From assembly GCA_963744145.1 (NCBI GenBank), contig CAVUSO010000001.1, positions 1,600,001 to 1,664,000 on the forward strand: a stretch of 64,000 bases of DNA, in the 5' to 3' direction. Source of the DNA: an uncultured cyanobacterium. GTDB lineage: Bacteria; Cyanobacteriota; Cyanobacteriia; Cyanobacteriales; CAWUOF01. Shown piece by piece: positions 26,317 through 37,373 of the stretch. The position numbers were made by a program, and so were the translations under genes. The number at the start of each line of letters is the position of its first letter. Position 1 is the stretch's first letter. The notes below the pieces were generated by a model. The model worked only from the letters and a program-made list of their open reading frames with translations, did no database searches and was not told where the DNA came from.

Positions 26317-29300
26317 ATGAGCATTACCCTTGCTGGTTACAACCAGATTGAAGCTATTTACGAAGGTGCCAATACTATTATTTATCGGGCCGAAAAAGAG
26401 GATAAAACAGTAGTAATTATCAAAACGATCAGGTCTGAATATCCTACCATAGAAGAGATTACTCGATTAAGGCACGAACATAAAATCCTGGAACAATTGC
26501 CAATAGAAGGAATTGTCAAACCCTTAGCATTAGAAAACTTTCACAATGGTTTAGCTTTGATCTTTGAACATTTTCCAGGGGTATCTCTCAAAGATTTTAT
26601 CACTCACCGAAAGCTGAAAATAAATGAATTTATCCACCTGAGTATTCAGTTAACTAAAATCTTAGGAGAACTGCATCAAAACCAGATTATTCATAAAGAT
26701 ATTAAACCGGATAATATTCTGATCAACCCAGAAACCAGACAAGTCAAAATAATCGACTTTAGCATTGCCTCTGGTCTAGAGAGAGAAAATCAAATTCTCA
26801 GCACTCCCAATATGTTAGAAGGGACTCTTGCTTATATGTCACCGGAGCAAACTGGACGAATGAACCGCTCCCTTGACTATCGCACAGACTTTTATTCTTT
26901 AGGCGTAACTTTTTATGAAATGCTCACAGAGAAGCTACCATTTTCCGCAAGCGAACCACTAGAATTTGTCCACTGCCATATTGCCAAACAACCAGTACCA
27001 CCTTCAGAAATAAATCCCAAAATTCCCCAGGCAATTGCTGACATAGTAATGAAATTATTGTCCAAAACAGCCGAAGACAGATATCAAAGTGCCCAAGGAC
27101 TAAAAGCGGATTTAGAAATTTGTCAGAAAATGCTCGATCGCGGAGAAATTTCGCCATTTATCGTTGGTCAACTAGACTTATATAGCAAATTTTCCATCCC
27201 GCAAAAACTCTATGGTAGGGAAACAGAAGTTAAAACTTTGCTAAAAGCATTTGAACGAGTTAGTGCTGGGAACACCCAAATAATGATGGTTTCTGGTTAC
27301 TCAGGTATTGGGAAATCCTGCTTAGTTCAGGAAATTCACAAACCAATAGTGCGACAAAAAGGTTATTTTATATCTGGGAAATTTGACCAGTTTAAACGTA
27401 ATATTCCCTTTGCTTCTTTAATTCAAGCATTCCAAGAATTAATGCGACAATTGTTGACAGAAACCGACGCCCAAATAGCAGTTTGGCAAGCAAAAATATT
27501 AGCAGCGATCGGTGCTAATAGTCAAGTAATTATTGATGTAATTCCTGAAGTAGAAAAGATTATTGGTATCCAAGCAGCAGTTCCACAATTGGGACCATCG
27601 GAATCGCAAAACAGATTTAATCGGGTATTTCAACAATTTATTCATGTATTTAGTCAACCCCAACATCCGCTAGTTTTATTTTTAGATGATTTACAGTGGG
27701 CTGATCTACCTTCTTTGAAGCTAATTGAGTTAATTGTAACAGATCCAGAAAGTCAATATCTATTATTAATAGGGGCTTATCGAGACAATGAAGTTAATTC
27801 TACTCATCCTTTAATTCATACATTACAAAAGATTCAAAGCAATGGAAAAACCGTTAATAACATCATCCTCAGTCCTTTAAATATCAATCATGTAATCCAA
27901 TTATTATCTGATACCTTTCACCAAGAAACTTCCCAGGTTTTGCCCCTAGCTGAGTTAGTGTTTCAGAAAACCCAAGGTAACCCATTTTTCTTAACTCAAC
28001 TGCTGCAATCTCTCGTTCAAGACCACCAATTATGCTTTAACTTTGATCGAGGTTGTTGGGAATGGGACATTGAGGTGCTTCAAGGGATTAAGAACAGTGA
28101 TAATGTAATTGAATTAATGGTCAGCCAAATTCAAAAGCTATCAACTAAGACGCAAAATATTTTAAAGTTAGCCGCCTGTATAGGGGACAAATTTAATTTA
28201 GATATTTTGAGTATTGTCAATGAAAAATCTCAGTCAGAAACAGCATTAGACCTATGGGAAGCATTACAATCTGGTTTAGTTATACCTCTGAATCAGTCTT
28301 ATAAAATTCCGATTTTATTTAACCAAGAGACAGCCAAGAATTTTCCCGGTAAGAGCTTAAAAATTACTTACAAATTTTTACACGATCGGGTACAACAAGC
28401 CTCTTATTATCTAATTCCTCCAGAAGAAAAGAAAGCAATTCATTTAAAAATTGGTCGCCTAATGCTCCAGAATTTGAATGAATCTGAACTAGATGAAACA
28501 ACGTTTGATCTAGTAAATCATTTGAATCTAGGGATAGATTTAATTACTGATCAAAACCAGCAAGATGAATTAGCTAACTTAAATCTTAAAGCTGGTAAAA
28601 AAGCTAAACTTTCCACAGCTTATGCAGCAGCACTTCGGTATTTTCAGGTAGGTTTACAACTGTTAGACTCGCAAAGTTGGCATCATCAGTATGATTTAAC
28701 TCTGGCTTTGCATACAGAGGCAATGGAAGCTCAATATCTTAACACTAACTTCGAGGCTGCTGAAACCTTAGCTGAGGTAATTTTGCAACAAGCAACGAAT
28801 CAACTTGACCGAGTAAAAGTTTATGAGTTACAGATGCAGATGTATACGGCTCAACACCAGATCCTCAGAGCTGTTAATATCGGACTCCATGCTCTGGAAA
28901 ATATGGGTATTTTTCTATTAGATGCGTCTGTCGAAACTTTTGAAAGACAGAGGTTACCTCAGTTTGAAGATTTAGAAAATATGCCCAAAATGACCGATCC
29001 TGATAAACTGGCAGCTACCAGAATTTTAACCAATGTATTGCCAGCAGTTTTGCAAGCCAAACCCGAAATTTTACTTCAAGTTGTTTTAACTTTAGTTAAT
29101 CTTTCGATCGAACATGGTTTGTCAGAGTTAGCTGCTTTTGGCTATAGTTTTTATGGAGTGATACTGTGCGGATATTTGGGAGATATTGAATCAGGATATC
29201 ATGCCGGAGAAATTGCACTAAGACTTTTAGATTTATTTGATTCTAAATTGCATAGATGTAAGGTCTACAACATGGTTTATGTTTTTGTGAGACCTTGGAA

Positions 29301-32265
29301 ACATCACGTTAAAGAAAGCATGAATTCGCTAGTTGAAGGAGTACAAAGTGGTCTAGAAGTTGGCGATTTAGTATTTGCCAGCTATTGTGCTTTAAATTAT
29401 TGCACATTTTTGTTTTCGACTGAGGAAAGATTGGAAATCGTTCAACAAAAACAGGAAGTTTATATTAGTTTACTTCAGCAATTAAAAAACAACCTATCTA
29501 TATATTCTACTAATATTTGGAGACAGATGACCTTTAATTTACAAGGAGCAGTAAACGATAAATGTCAATTAATTGGTAATAGCTTTGATCAAGAAAGTGC
29601 CTTACCAAAATTACACGAAACTAATGATGGTTGGTCACTTTTCAACGCTTATTTAGCAAAAGCAATTCTTTTATATTCATTTAAAGATTTTAATCAAGCT
29701 ATTGCTAATGCTTTGAAAGCAGAAGAATATAGTGGTTCTGTAGTAGGAGTTATGTGTGTAACTGTTCACAAACTATATTACTCATTAATTCTACTTTCCT
29801 TGTATTCTCATGCTGAAACTACCGAAAGAGAACGTTATTTAAACCAAGTAGAATTAAACCAAGAAAAGCTAAAATTATGGGCGTTTCATGCGCCAATGAA
29901 CTATCAACATAAATATGATTTAGTGGAGGCAGAGAAAGCACGAGTATTAGGCCAAATTTTACCAGCCATGGAGCTTTATAACCGTGCCATTCAGGGAGCG
30001 AAAGAACAGGGATACATAAAGGAAGAAGCCCTGGGCAATGAACTGGCGGCAGAATTTTATTTCTCAATCAATAACCATAAAGTTGGTCAAATATATTTAA
30101 CTGAATCCTACTATAGCTACCTGCGTTGGGGAGCGACAGCAAAAGTCAGAGATTTAGAACTCAAATATCCCCAAATATTTGCGCGGATGGTCAAACGAGA
30201 AACCAGTCCTGCTCAAGAGACTAATAACATAAAAACCTCGATCGGCGCTGGGACTGTGCAGTTGGATTTAGCCACAGTAATTAAAGCATCCCAAGCACTT
30301 TCCGGCGAAATAGTTCTGGAGAAATTGCTATCTAAGTTAATAAAAATAGCCATCGAAAATGCCGGCGCACAAACTGGCTATCTCCTCTTAGAAAAATCAG
30401 GTAACCTAATGATAGAAGCACGAGGCGATGTAGCTCAAGAGAAAGTCAGCGTCATGCAAGCCATCCCCGCTGCAACTAGCCAAGAGTTACCCTCCTCACT
30501 GATTAATTATGTCGAGAGAACCCAAGAAGATGTAGTCTTGAGTAATGCCACTCGTGACGGGATATTTACCGCAGATCCCTATATTATTGAACACCAACCA
30601 AAATCAGTTTTATGTACCCCTCTCCTCCATCAAGGAAAACTTATCGGTCTGCTTTATTTAGAAAACAACCTAACTGAAAGTGCCTTTACACCTGATAGAT
30701 TAGAAATCTTAAAACTCCTAGCTTCTCAAGCAGCAATTTCCTTGGAAAATGCTCAACTTTATCACGATTTAGCCGCCGCCAATGCTAGTTTAGAAGCCAA
30801 AGTAGAAGATAGAACTCAACAGCTACAAGAAAAAAATATCCACCTACAAAAAGCCGAAGCCGCAGCCCAATCTGCCAGCCGGGCTAAAAGCGAATTTCTG
30901 GCTAATATGAGTCACGAACTTCGCACACCACTCAATGGCATTTTAGGTTATGCTCAAATTCTGAAAAGAGACAAAAATTTGAGCGATCAGCAACAATATG
31001 GTGTGCAAATTATTAACCAGTGTGGGGAACACTTGTTAACCCTGATCAACGATATCTTAGACCTCTCTAAAATCGAAGCCCGCAAAATGGAAATTCACCT
31101 CAATAATTTCCATTTTGCACAATTTATTGAAGGCATCTCAGAAATTTGTTATTTTCGAGCCGAAAAAAAAGGAATCTCCTTACTTTATCAGCCAATGACA
31201 CCCATACCAATAGCTGTTAATGGCGATGATAAACGGTTGCGTCAAGTATTAATTAACTTAATTGGTAATGCGATTAAGTTTACTGAAAAAGGTAGTGTGG
31301 TTTTTAAGGTATGGTATAATCAAGGAAAGATGAAGTTTCAAGTGGAAGATACTGGTATAGGGATGGCACCAGAGCAATTGTCAGAAATATTTTTGCCCTT
31401 CCACCAAGTAGGAGAACATCATCGTAAGATTGAAGGAACAGGATTAGGACTGGCAATTAGTCGCCAGTTAGTGCAGATGATGGGTGGTGAAATTCAAGTG
31501 GAAAGTACCTTGGGGAAAGGCAGTATTTTTTCCTTCGATTTAGATTTACCAGAAGGATCAGATTTGGCAGCAAAAGTTAATCAATATAATCCGGAATCGG
31601 TGGTCGGATTCAAGGGAAATAAACGTAAGATTATGATTACTGATGATCAATCAGAAAATCGCTTAATTTTGGTGAAGATGCTTGAGCCTTTGGGGTTTGA
31701 ATTACTGGAAGCTATTGATGGTCAGGATTGTTTAAATAAGGTATCTGCATTTAAGCCAGATTGTATTTTAATGGATTTGATGATGCCCGGAATTAATGGT
31801 TTAGAAGCGACTCGTCGTCTCCGTAAGTTGCCGGATTATCAAAATTTAATTATCTTGGCTATTTCCGCCAGCGTCTTTGATCTTGATCGGCAAAAAAGTC
31901 TGGAGGTAGGTTGTAACGATTTCTTACCTAAACCGATCAGGATTGAAGAACTTTTAGAAAAATTACAAGTTTATTTAATGTTAGAATGGGTAGATCAATC
32001 TGGAAGTAGCATGACGGCAACGAAAGATGATATTGAAGGTCAGTTGGAGTCCGAAGTAATAGTGTCCCCACCCCCAGAGGAAGTTGAAACTCTATTTGAT
32101 TTGGCCATGATGGGAGATTTGCGAGGTATTGCAGATCACATCACTCAACTTGAAGCATTGAATCCGCTTCTTACACCTTTTGCTACTCGTCTCCATCAGT
32201 TAATCAAAGGATTTGAAGTGAAACAAATTTTGGAATTAATCGCACAATATAAGAGGCCAATTTAA
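26317..32265 (+). CDS. Hybrid Ser/Thr kinase - AAA ATPase - GAF - histidine kinase - receiver protein
   Basis: HKDIKPDN, DFSIA, YMSPEQTGRMN; GYSGIGKS; LFLDDLQW; GAF domain; FLANMSHELRTPLNG; GTGLGL; C-terminal REC domain. Confidence 0.95.
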   Translation: MSITLAGYNQIEAIYEGANTIIYRAEKEDKTVVIIKTIRSEYPTIEEITRLRHEHKILEQLPIEGIVKPLALENFHNGLALIFEHFPGVSLKDFITHRKLKINEFIHLSIQLTKILGELHQNQIIHKDIKPDNILINPETRQVKIIDFSIASGLERENQILSTPNMLEGTLAYMSPEQTGRMNRSLDYRTDFYSLGVTFYEMLTEKLPFSASEPLEFVHCHIAKQPVPPSEINPKIPQAIADIVMKLLSKTAEDRYQSAQGLKADLEICQKMLDRGEISPFIVGQLDLYSKFSIPQKLYGRETEVKTLLKAFERVSAGNTQIMMVSGYSGIGKSCLVQEIHKPIVRQKGYFISGKFDQFKRNIPFASLIQAFQELMRQLLTETDAQIAVWQAKILAAIGANSQVIIDVIPEVEKIIGIQAAVPQLGPSESQNRFNRVFQQFIHVFSQPQHPLVLFLDDLQWADLPSLKLIELIVTDPESQYLLLIGAYRDNEVNSTHPLIHTLQKIQSNGKTVNNIILSPLNINHVIQLLSDTFHQETSQVLPLAELVFQKTQGNPFFLTQLLQSLVQDHQLCFNFDRGCWEWDIEVLQGIKNSDNVIELMVSQIQKLSTKTQNILKLAACIGDKFNLDILSIVNEKSQSETALDLWEALQSGLVIPLNQSYKIPILFNQETAKNFPGKSLKITYKFLHDRVQQASYYLIPPEEKKAIHLKIGRLMLQNLNESELDETTFDLVNHLNLGIDLITDQNQQDELANLNLKAGKKAKLSTAYAAALRYFQVGLQLLDSQSWHHQYDLTLALHTEAMEAQYLNTNFEAAETLAEVILQQATNQLDRVKVYELQMQMYTAQHQILRAVNIGLHALENMGIFLLDASVETFERQRLPQFEDLENMPKMTDPDKLAATRILTNVLPAVLQAKPEILLQVVLTLVNLSIEHGLSELAAFGYSFYGVILCGYLGDIESGYHAGEIALRLLDLFDSKLHRCKVYNMVYVFVRPWKHHVKESMNSLVEGVQSGLEVGDLVFASYCALNYCTFLFSTEERLEIVQQKQEVYISLLQQLKNNLSIYSTNIWRQMTFNLQGAVNDKCQLIGNSFDQESALPKLHETNDGWSLFNAYLAKAILLYSFKDFNQAIANALKAEEYSGSVVGVMCVTVHKLYYSLILLSLYSHAETTERERYLNQVELNQEKLKLWAFHAPMNYQHKYDLVEAEKARVLGQILPAMELYNRAIQGAKEQGYIKEEALGNELAAEFYFSINNHKVGQIYLTESYYSYLRWGATAKVRDLELKYPQIFARMVKRETSPAQETNNIKTSIGAGTVQLDLATVIKASQALSGEIVLEKLLSKLIKIAIENAGAQTGYLLLEKSGNLMIEARGDVAQEKVSVMQAIPAATSQELPSSLINYVERTQEDVVLSNATRDGIFTADPYIIEHQPKSVLCTPLLHQGKLIGLLYLENNLTESAFTPDRLEILKLLASQAAISLENAQLYHDLAAANASLEAKVEDRTQQLQEKNIHLQKAEAAAQSASRAKSEFLANMSHELRTPLNGILGYAQILKRDKNLSDQQQYGVQIINQCGEHLLTLINDILDLSKIEARKMEIHLNNFHFAQFIEGISEICYFRAEKKGISLLYQPMTPIPIAVNGDDKRLRQVLINLIGNAIKFTEKGSVVFKVWYNQGKMKFQVEDTGIGMAPEQLSEIFLPFHQVGEHHRKIEGTGLGLAISRQLVQMMGGEIQVESTLGKGSIFSFDLDLPEGSDLAAKVNQYNPESVVGFKGNKRKIMITDDQSENRLILVKMLEPLGFELLEAIDGQDCLNKVSAFKPDCILMDLMMPGINGLEATRRLRKLPDYQNLIILAISASVFDLDRQKSLEVGCNDFLPKPIRIEELLEKLQVYLMLEWVDQSGSSMTATKDDIEGQLESEVIVSPPPEEVETLFDLAMMGDLRGIADHITQLEALNPLLTPFATRLHQLIKGFEVKQILELIAQYKRPI

Positions 32266-32290
32266 TGTCCATAAAAAAATAACCAATGGT

Positions 32291-33811
32291 GTGATTTTAA
32301 TAGTTGATGATTTGCCAACTAATTTGGGGGTACTGTTCGATTTTTTGTCTGATTCTGGTTTCAAAGTTTTGGTAGCTAGGGATGGTGAAAGTGCGATCCA
32401 GACAGCCGAATACGCCCCGCCTGACTTAATTCTACTGGACGTGCTGATGCCGGGTATAGACGGGTTTGAAACTTGTCAGCGTTTGAAAGCAAAAGAGCCA
32501 ACAAAAGACATTCCCATAATTTTTATGACTGCGCTTTCCGACACAGTAGATCGGGTTAAGGGTTTGAGTTTGGGTGCAGTAGATTATCTTACCAAACCGC
32601 TTCAGCATGAAGAGGTTTTAGCCCGCATTAATATCCATCTGAGCTTGCGGAATTTGACCAAAAAACTGCAAGAGCAAAATGAGGTTTTGCAACAGGAAAT
32701 CGCACAACGTAGCCAAGCAGAAAAAGCGCTGTTTCAGTTAACATTAGAGTTGGAAAAACGAGTAGAGGAAAGAACTAATCAACTTTCTTACTCCAATTAT
32801 CTATTAAAACAGGAGATTGAAGAGCGTCGTAGTGCAGAAGCAGAATTGCAGCACTCAGAAGCTCAATTACGAATTCAAGCTAAATCCCTAGAACAAACCT
32901 TGCAACAATTGCGGTTAACTCAAACTCAACTGATTCAGACTGAAAAAATGTCGGCTTTGGGCAATTTAGTTGCGGGTGTTGCCCATGAAATTAACAATCC
33001 GGCGAATTTCATTTACGGTAATCTCAGCTATGCCAACGAATATACCAAAAATTTGATCGATATCCTGAATTTATATCAGGAAAAATTTCCAAATCCGGGA
33101 GAAGAAATTACGCAAAAACAGGAAGAGATAGAATTAGATTTTATCAGAGAAGACTTGTCTAAATTGATGACTTCCATGCAGGTGGGGGTTGAACGTATTT
33201 GTGAGATTATTCAATCGCTCCGCATCTTTTCTAGGATTGATGAAGCTGAAATGAAGCCTGTAAATATTCACTCTGGGATTGATAGCACGTTGTTGATTCT
33301 GAACAACTGTCTAAAATCCAAAGGAAATTTGCCTGCGATCGAAGTAATTAAGAACTATGGAGCTATCCCTCAAGTAGAGTGTTATGCTAGTCAAATGAAT
33401 CAGGTATTTATGAATTTAATTGTCAATGCAATTGATGCTTTAGATGATTATAATGCGACGCGCACTCCATTAGAAATTCAAGCCAATCCTAGCCGTATTA
33501 CGATCAGCACTGAGTTACTAGAAAAACATCGGGTGGTGATTCGGATTACCGATAATGGCCCTGGGATGACGGAAGAGGTGAAAAGGCATTTATTTGACCC
33601 ATTTTTTACCACTAAGCCTCCGGGAAAGGGGATGGGTATTGGCTTGTCAATTTCCCATCAGATTGTTGTGGAGAAACACAAAGGCAATTTGATTTGTGTG
33701 TCAAATTTAGGTCAGGGAACCCAGTTTACGATCGATATCCCAATTCAGCAACGAGTTATGCAAACTACCCTAGGTTTTATGAAGTTACCTAGTGATAACA
33801 TTGTGATGTAA
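32291..33811 (+). CDS. Response-regulator receiver + histidine kinase
   Basis: ILIVDD, LLDVLMP, LTKP; AHEINNP, NAIDA, DNGPG, G.GIGL. The true start may be ATG 32265 with a 1-nt deletion (see findings). Confidence 0.93.
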   Translation: MILIVDDLPTNLGVLFDFLSDSGFKVLVARDGESAIQTAEYAPPDLILLDVLMPGIDGFETCQRLKAKEPTKDIPIIFMTALSDTVDRVKGLSLGAVDYLTKPLQHEEVLARINIHLSLRNLTKKLQEQNEVLQQEIAQRSQAEKALFQLTLELEKRVEERTNQLSYSNYLLKQEIEERRSAEAELQHSEAQLRIQAKSLEQTLQQLRLTQTQLIQTEKMSALGNLVAGVAHEINNPANFIYGNLSYANEYTKNLIDILNLYQEKFPNPGEEITQKQEEIELDFIREDLSKLMTSMQVGVERICEIIQSLRIFSRIDEAEMKPVNIHSGIDSTLLILNNCLKSKGNLPAIEVIKNYGAIPQVECYASQMNQVFMNLIVNAIDALDDYNATRTPLEIQANPSRITISTELLEKHRVVIRITDNGPGMTEEVKRHLFDPFFTTKPPGKGMGIGLSISHQIVVEKHKGNLICVSNLGQGTQFTIDIPIQQRVMQTTLGFMKLPSDNIVM

Positions 33812-34017
33812 CGCTGCACTTAATAAGTGCGAGTCTCGACTGGTTTGTAAACAAGATTTTTTTTAGGAACCGCGATCGGCACAGAATGCACGATCGCGGC
33901 GATGTTGGAGTCCAAAACCTGCATTCTCCGGTTGCATAGTTAAAAGTGTCTGAAGGATTAATTGAGGAATCATCATTTATTGTAAAATTAATCTCTATAG
34001 ATATTTTAAAAGTTCCT

Positions 34018-37000
34018 ATGAGTGATTCTAAACTCCCAAGTACCGGATTTTACGACGCCTTTATTTCCTATGGTCGGGCCGATAGTAAAACTTTCGCGGT
34101 CAAACTGAAAGAACGACTACAGAGTCAAAATCTTGAAGTTTGGTTGGATCTCGAGGAAATTCCCTTCGGAGTTAATTTTCAAAATCAAATAAATGATGGG
34201 ATCACCAAAGCTGATAACTTTCTGTTTCTAATTTCGCCCCATTCCGTCAATTCTGCCTATTGTCGCAAAGAAATTGACCTAGCCATCGAATTAAACAAAC
34301 GAATATATCCCATCTGGCACGTTGCGGAAATTGATCAGGAAACGTGGCAAGAACGTAATCCTGGTAAATCTGAAGCTGAATGGCTGAGGTATAAGGAAAC
34401 GGGACAACATTCTACTGTTCCCGGTAAGAATCCCAATATGCACCCTAAAATCGGCGAAATTAATTGGCTCCCTGGTGAAAAAGATAAACAAAGAGATGGT
34501 GAAAAAAGGGATGATTTTGAGGAGAGATTGTTCACATTATTAGATACCGAATTAATAAATATAGTGCGTCGCCATCAAGACTATGTGCGACAACATACAG
34601 TTTTGTTGAATCAAGCTCTTTACTGGAAAGATCAGCAGAAACAAACTCGTTATTTATTAATTGGAGAAGAACGGCAAAAAGCCGAAAAATGGTTAAAAGA
34701 GAGAAAAGAGAGGTTTAAGGAAAAAAAACTAGCGCCCGGCGAACCTACATTGCTGCATTGTGAGTTTATTTGCGAGAGTATCAAGAATGCTGATAACTTG
34801 ATGACTCAGGTGTTTCTCTCACATTCGGATGTAGACCGTGATTTCATGACTAAAATCCGGGAGAAATTGGTCAGAGAAGGGATCACGGTTTGGACAAATA
34901 AGACAGATATCCCAATTGGGGCTGAATTTGAGCAGGTAATAAATCAGGGAATTGAACAAGCGGATAATGTGGTCTATTTGATTTCGACCGATGCACTGAC
35001 ATCTCATTATTGTCAGAAAGAAATTGACTATGCTCTCTCGTTGAATAAAAGGATTATTCCTTTGAAAATTAAACCAACAGATCCAGCTCAAATTCCAGAA
35101 AGAATCAGCGAGTTACAATTTATTGACTTTACTGAAAATCAGACAGAGGCAGATGAACAAAAACATTTGGATGATTTGCTCAAGGTTTTACAAGAGGAGG
35201 AGATCTATTACAAAGATCATAAAATGTTGTTAACCAAGGCGCTGAAGTGGGAAGAACAGAAACGCAACCCGTGTATTTTATTGCGGGGTTACAATTTGCG
35301 CCATGCCAAAGATTGGTTGTATAGAGCGGAACAGAAAAAACAACATCAGGCGACAAGCTTACAGACAGAGTTTATTAATGAAAGTTCGCGCCAACCTCCT
35401 GCCCCATCACTGGATGTATTTATTTCCTACTCTAGGTCTGATTCGGATCTAGCCCGTCTGTTAAATGATGAATTGCAGATCCGAGGAGGGAAGACAACTT
35501 GGTTTGACCAAGAGAGTATAGCGTCTGGGGCGGATTTTCAGCAAGAGATTAATCAAGGAATTGAGAGTGCTGACAACTTTTTGTTTATTATTTCACCACG
35601 TTCTATTAATTCTCCCTACTGTAAGGATGAGGTTGAATATGCAGCAAAACTTAAAAAACGGGTTATTACCGTATTGTATCAAGGTGTGAATACTGCTGAT
35701 TTACATCCTGAGTTAGGCAAGGTGCAGTGGATTGATTTTACGCAAGGGGAATTTGCTGCGAATGTTACTGAATTGTTGAGGACTTTAGAGACAGACAGGG
35801 AATATCTAAAAAATCATACTAAATGGCTGCTTCGGGCGATCGCATGGGACGAACAAGGTCAAGATAAAGATTTACTGCTAAGAGGTAGTGAATTGGCGAT
35901 CGCCCAGGACTGGTTAAAGCAAGCAAATCAAGGCAAAAACCAACCCCAAGAATTGCAAATCAAGTTTATTGAATCTAGTCGCAAGAATAGCGATGCTCAT
36001 GCTAAAAGTGAAAAACGACAACGGCTTATAGGGCTTATAGTAGCGGCGGGGTCGCTCCTCTTTTTTGCGTTTATTATCTGGGCAATCAAATTCGGGGCAG
36101 AAAACCGCGAAAGACAATTCGTTACTAATAGCGCTAATGATGGGAGACTAGCTTTAGCCAAAGCGGATAATGGTCAAACATTTGATGCTTTAATTCTCGC
36201 AATAAAAGCCGGAAAGACTTTGGCAAAACACAAGACGAATGACTCAGTATGGACACAAGCGGATTCAATCGTGACAAAAGCTTTATCCAAATCATTTTTT
36301 AGTGTTAAAGAATACAATCGCTTGGTAACGCATAACCTTAGAGTCATGGACGTTAGTTTTAGTCCCGAGGGAAACATCTTAGCTGCTGTTAGTGATGACA
36401 ACACCAGTAAACTTTTGGATGTCACTACAGATAAGGAACTCGCTAAGGTTCCTGGGCAGTTTCGTGGGGTGAGGAGCATCAGTTTTAGCCCTGATGGGAA
36501 AATCTTGGCTTCTAGTGATGAGAACACCATCAAACTTTGGAATGTAATTACAGGTATGCCATTCCGTACTCTTACTGGGCATCGTAATTGGGTCAATAGC
36601 ATCAGTTTTAGTCCCAATGGGAAACTTTTAGCTTCTGGTAGTGATGACAAAACCATCAGCCTCTGGGATATGGAGACAGGCGATTTAATTGATACTCAGC
36701 ATGGGGATAATGGTGGGGTCTTGAGCGTCAGTTTCAGTCCGGATGGGAAAACCTTGGTTTCTGGTAGTCGTGGCAGCACCATCGAATTCTGGTATGTCAC
36801 CACTACAGGTCTGAAACACAATACTTATTATATTACACAACCTGGTCCGGTCTCGAGCATCAGTTTCAGTCAGGATAGGAAAACTTTGGCTTCTGGTAGT
36901 AATGATGACAACAACATAATAATCGCAGGTGTGCATACAATTCCGTACAGTTATTATATTTTGTTGAATACTAATCCTGTTACTAGTGTCAGTTTCAGCC

Positions 37001-37203
37001 CGGATGGGAAAACCTTGGTTTCTACTAGTAAATACAAAATCCACCTCTGGCATTTGATGGCAAACAAGAAATCTTCTCGCTCTGAAACTCGTGATTCGCT
37101 CATAGAAAAGGGTTGCCAGTGGTTAAAAGATTATTTGCAGAACCCAAATTCTGATGTCGATCCGAAGGATCGGCATCTTTGCGATGATATGATTAGGAGC
37201 TGA
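34018..37203 (+). CDS. Triple TIR-domain, single-TM, WD40-repeat protein
   Basis: Three TIR starts (DAFISYGR, QVFLSHSD, DVFISYSR), each with YC..E; TM segment LIGLIVAAGSLLFFAFIIW; about 6 SFSPDGK-type WD40 repeats. Start set at ATG 34018. Confidence 0.9.
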   Translation: MSDSKLPSTGFYDAFISYGRADSKTFAVKLKERLQSQNLEVWLDLEEIPFGVNFQNQINDGITKADNFLFLISPHSVNSAYCRKEIDLAIELNKRIYPIWHVAEIDQETWQERNPGKSEAEWLRYKETGQHSTVPGKNPNMHPKIGEINWLPGEKDKQRDGEKRDDFEERLFTLLDTELINIVRRHQDYVRQHTVLLNQALYWKDQQKQTRYLLIGEERQKAEKWLKERKERFKEKKLAPGEPTLLHCEFICESIKNADNLMTQVFLSHSDVDRDFMTKIREKLVREGITVWTNKTDIPIGAEFEQVINQGIEQADNVVYLISTDALTSHYCQKEIDYALSLNKRIIPLKIKPTDPAQIPERISELQFIDFTENQTEADEQKHLDDLLKVLQEEEIYYKDHKMLLTKALKWEEQKRNPCILLRGYNLRHAKDWLYRAEQKKQHQATSLQTEFINESSRQPPAPSLDVFISYSRSDSDLARLLNDELQIRGGKTTWFDQESIASGADFQQEINQGIESADNFLFIISPRSINSPYCKDEVEYAAKLKKRVITVLYQGVNTADLHPELGKVQWIDFTQGEFAANVTELLRTLETDREYLKNHTKWLLRAIAWDEQGQDKDLLLRGSELAIAQDWLKQANQGKNQPQELQIKFIESSRKNSDAHAKSEKRQRLIGLIVAAGSLLFFAFIIWAIKFGAENRERQFVTNSANDGRLALAKADNGQTFDALILAIKAGKTLAKHKTNDSVWTQADSIVTKALSKSFFSVKEYNRLVTHNLRVMDVSFSPEGNILAAVSDDNTSKLLDVTTDKELAKVPGQFRGVRSISFSPDGKILASSDENTIKLWNVITGMPFRTLTGHRNWVNSISFSPNGKLLASGSDDKTISLWDMETGDLIDTQHGDNGGVLSVSFSPDGKTLVSGSRGSTIEFWYVTTTGLKHNTYYITQPGPVSSISFSQDRKTLASGSNDDNNIIIAGVHTIPYSYYILLNTNPVTSVSFSPDGKTLVSTSKYKIHLWHLMANKKSSRSETRDSLIEKGCQWLKDYLQNPNSDVDPKDRHLCDDMIRS

Positions 37204-37373
37204 TCACATTTCCCCAACTATCCACCCTTAATCTTGATCAGAGCGATCGCAATTTTCCAACCTGCATAAGCAGTCTTAATTCTGATCACGATCGCACCTA
37301 ATATTTTGCTCTTTTGTTTAACTCGGGACTCATCCCAACTACCGCCCCGATGCTGGGGACTTTTCTTGAAAAT

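Noticed and set aside
36340..37030. Diversity-generating retroelement signature in the WD40 repeats
   Set aside because: No reverse transcriptase nearby and no adenine-specific template/variable pair; ordinary WD40 repeat similarity.
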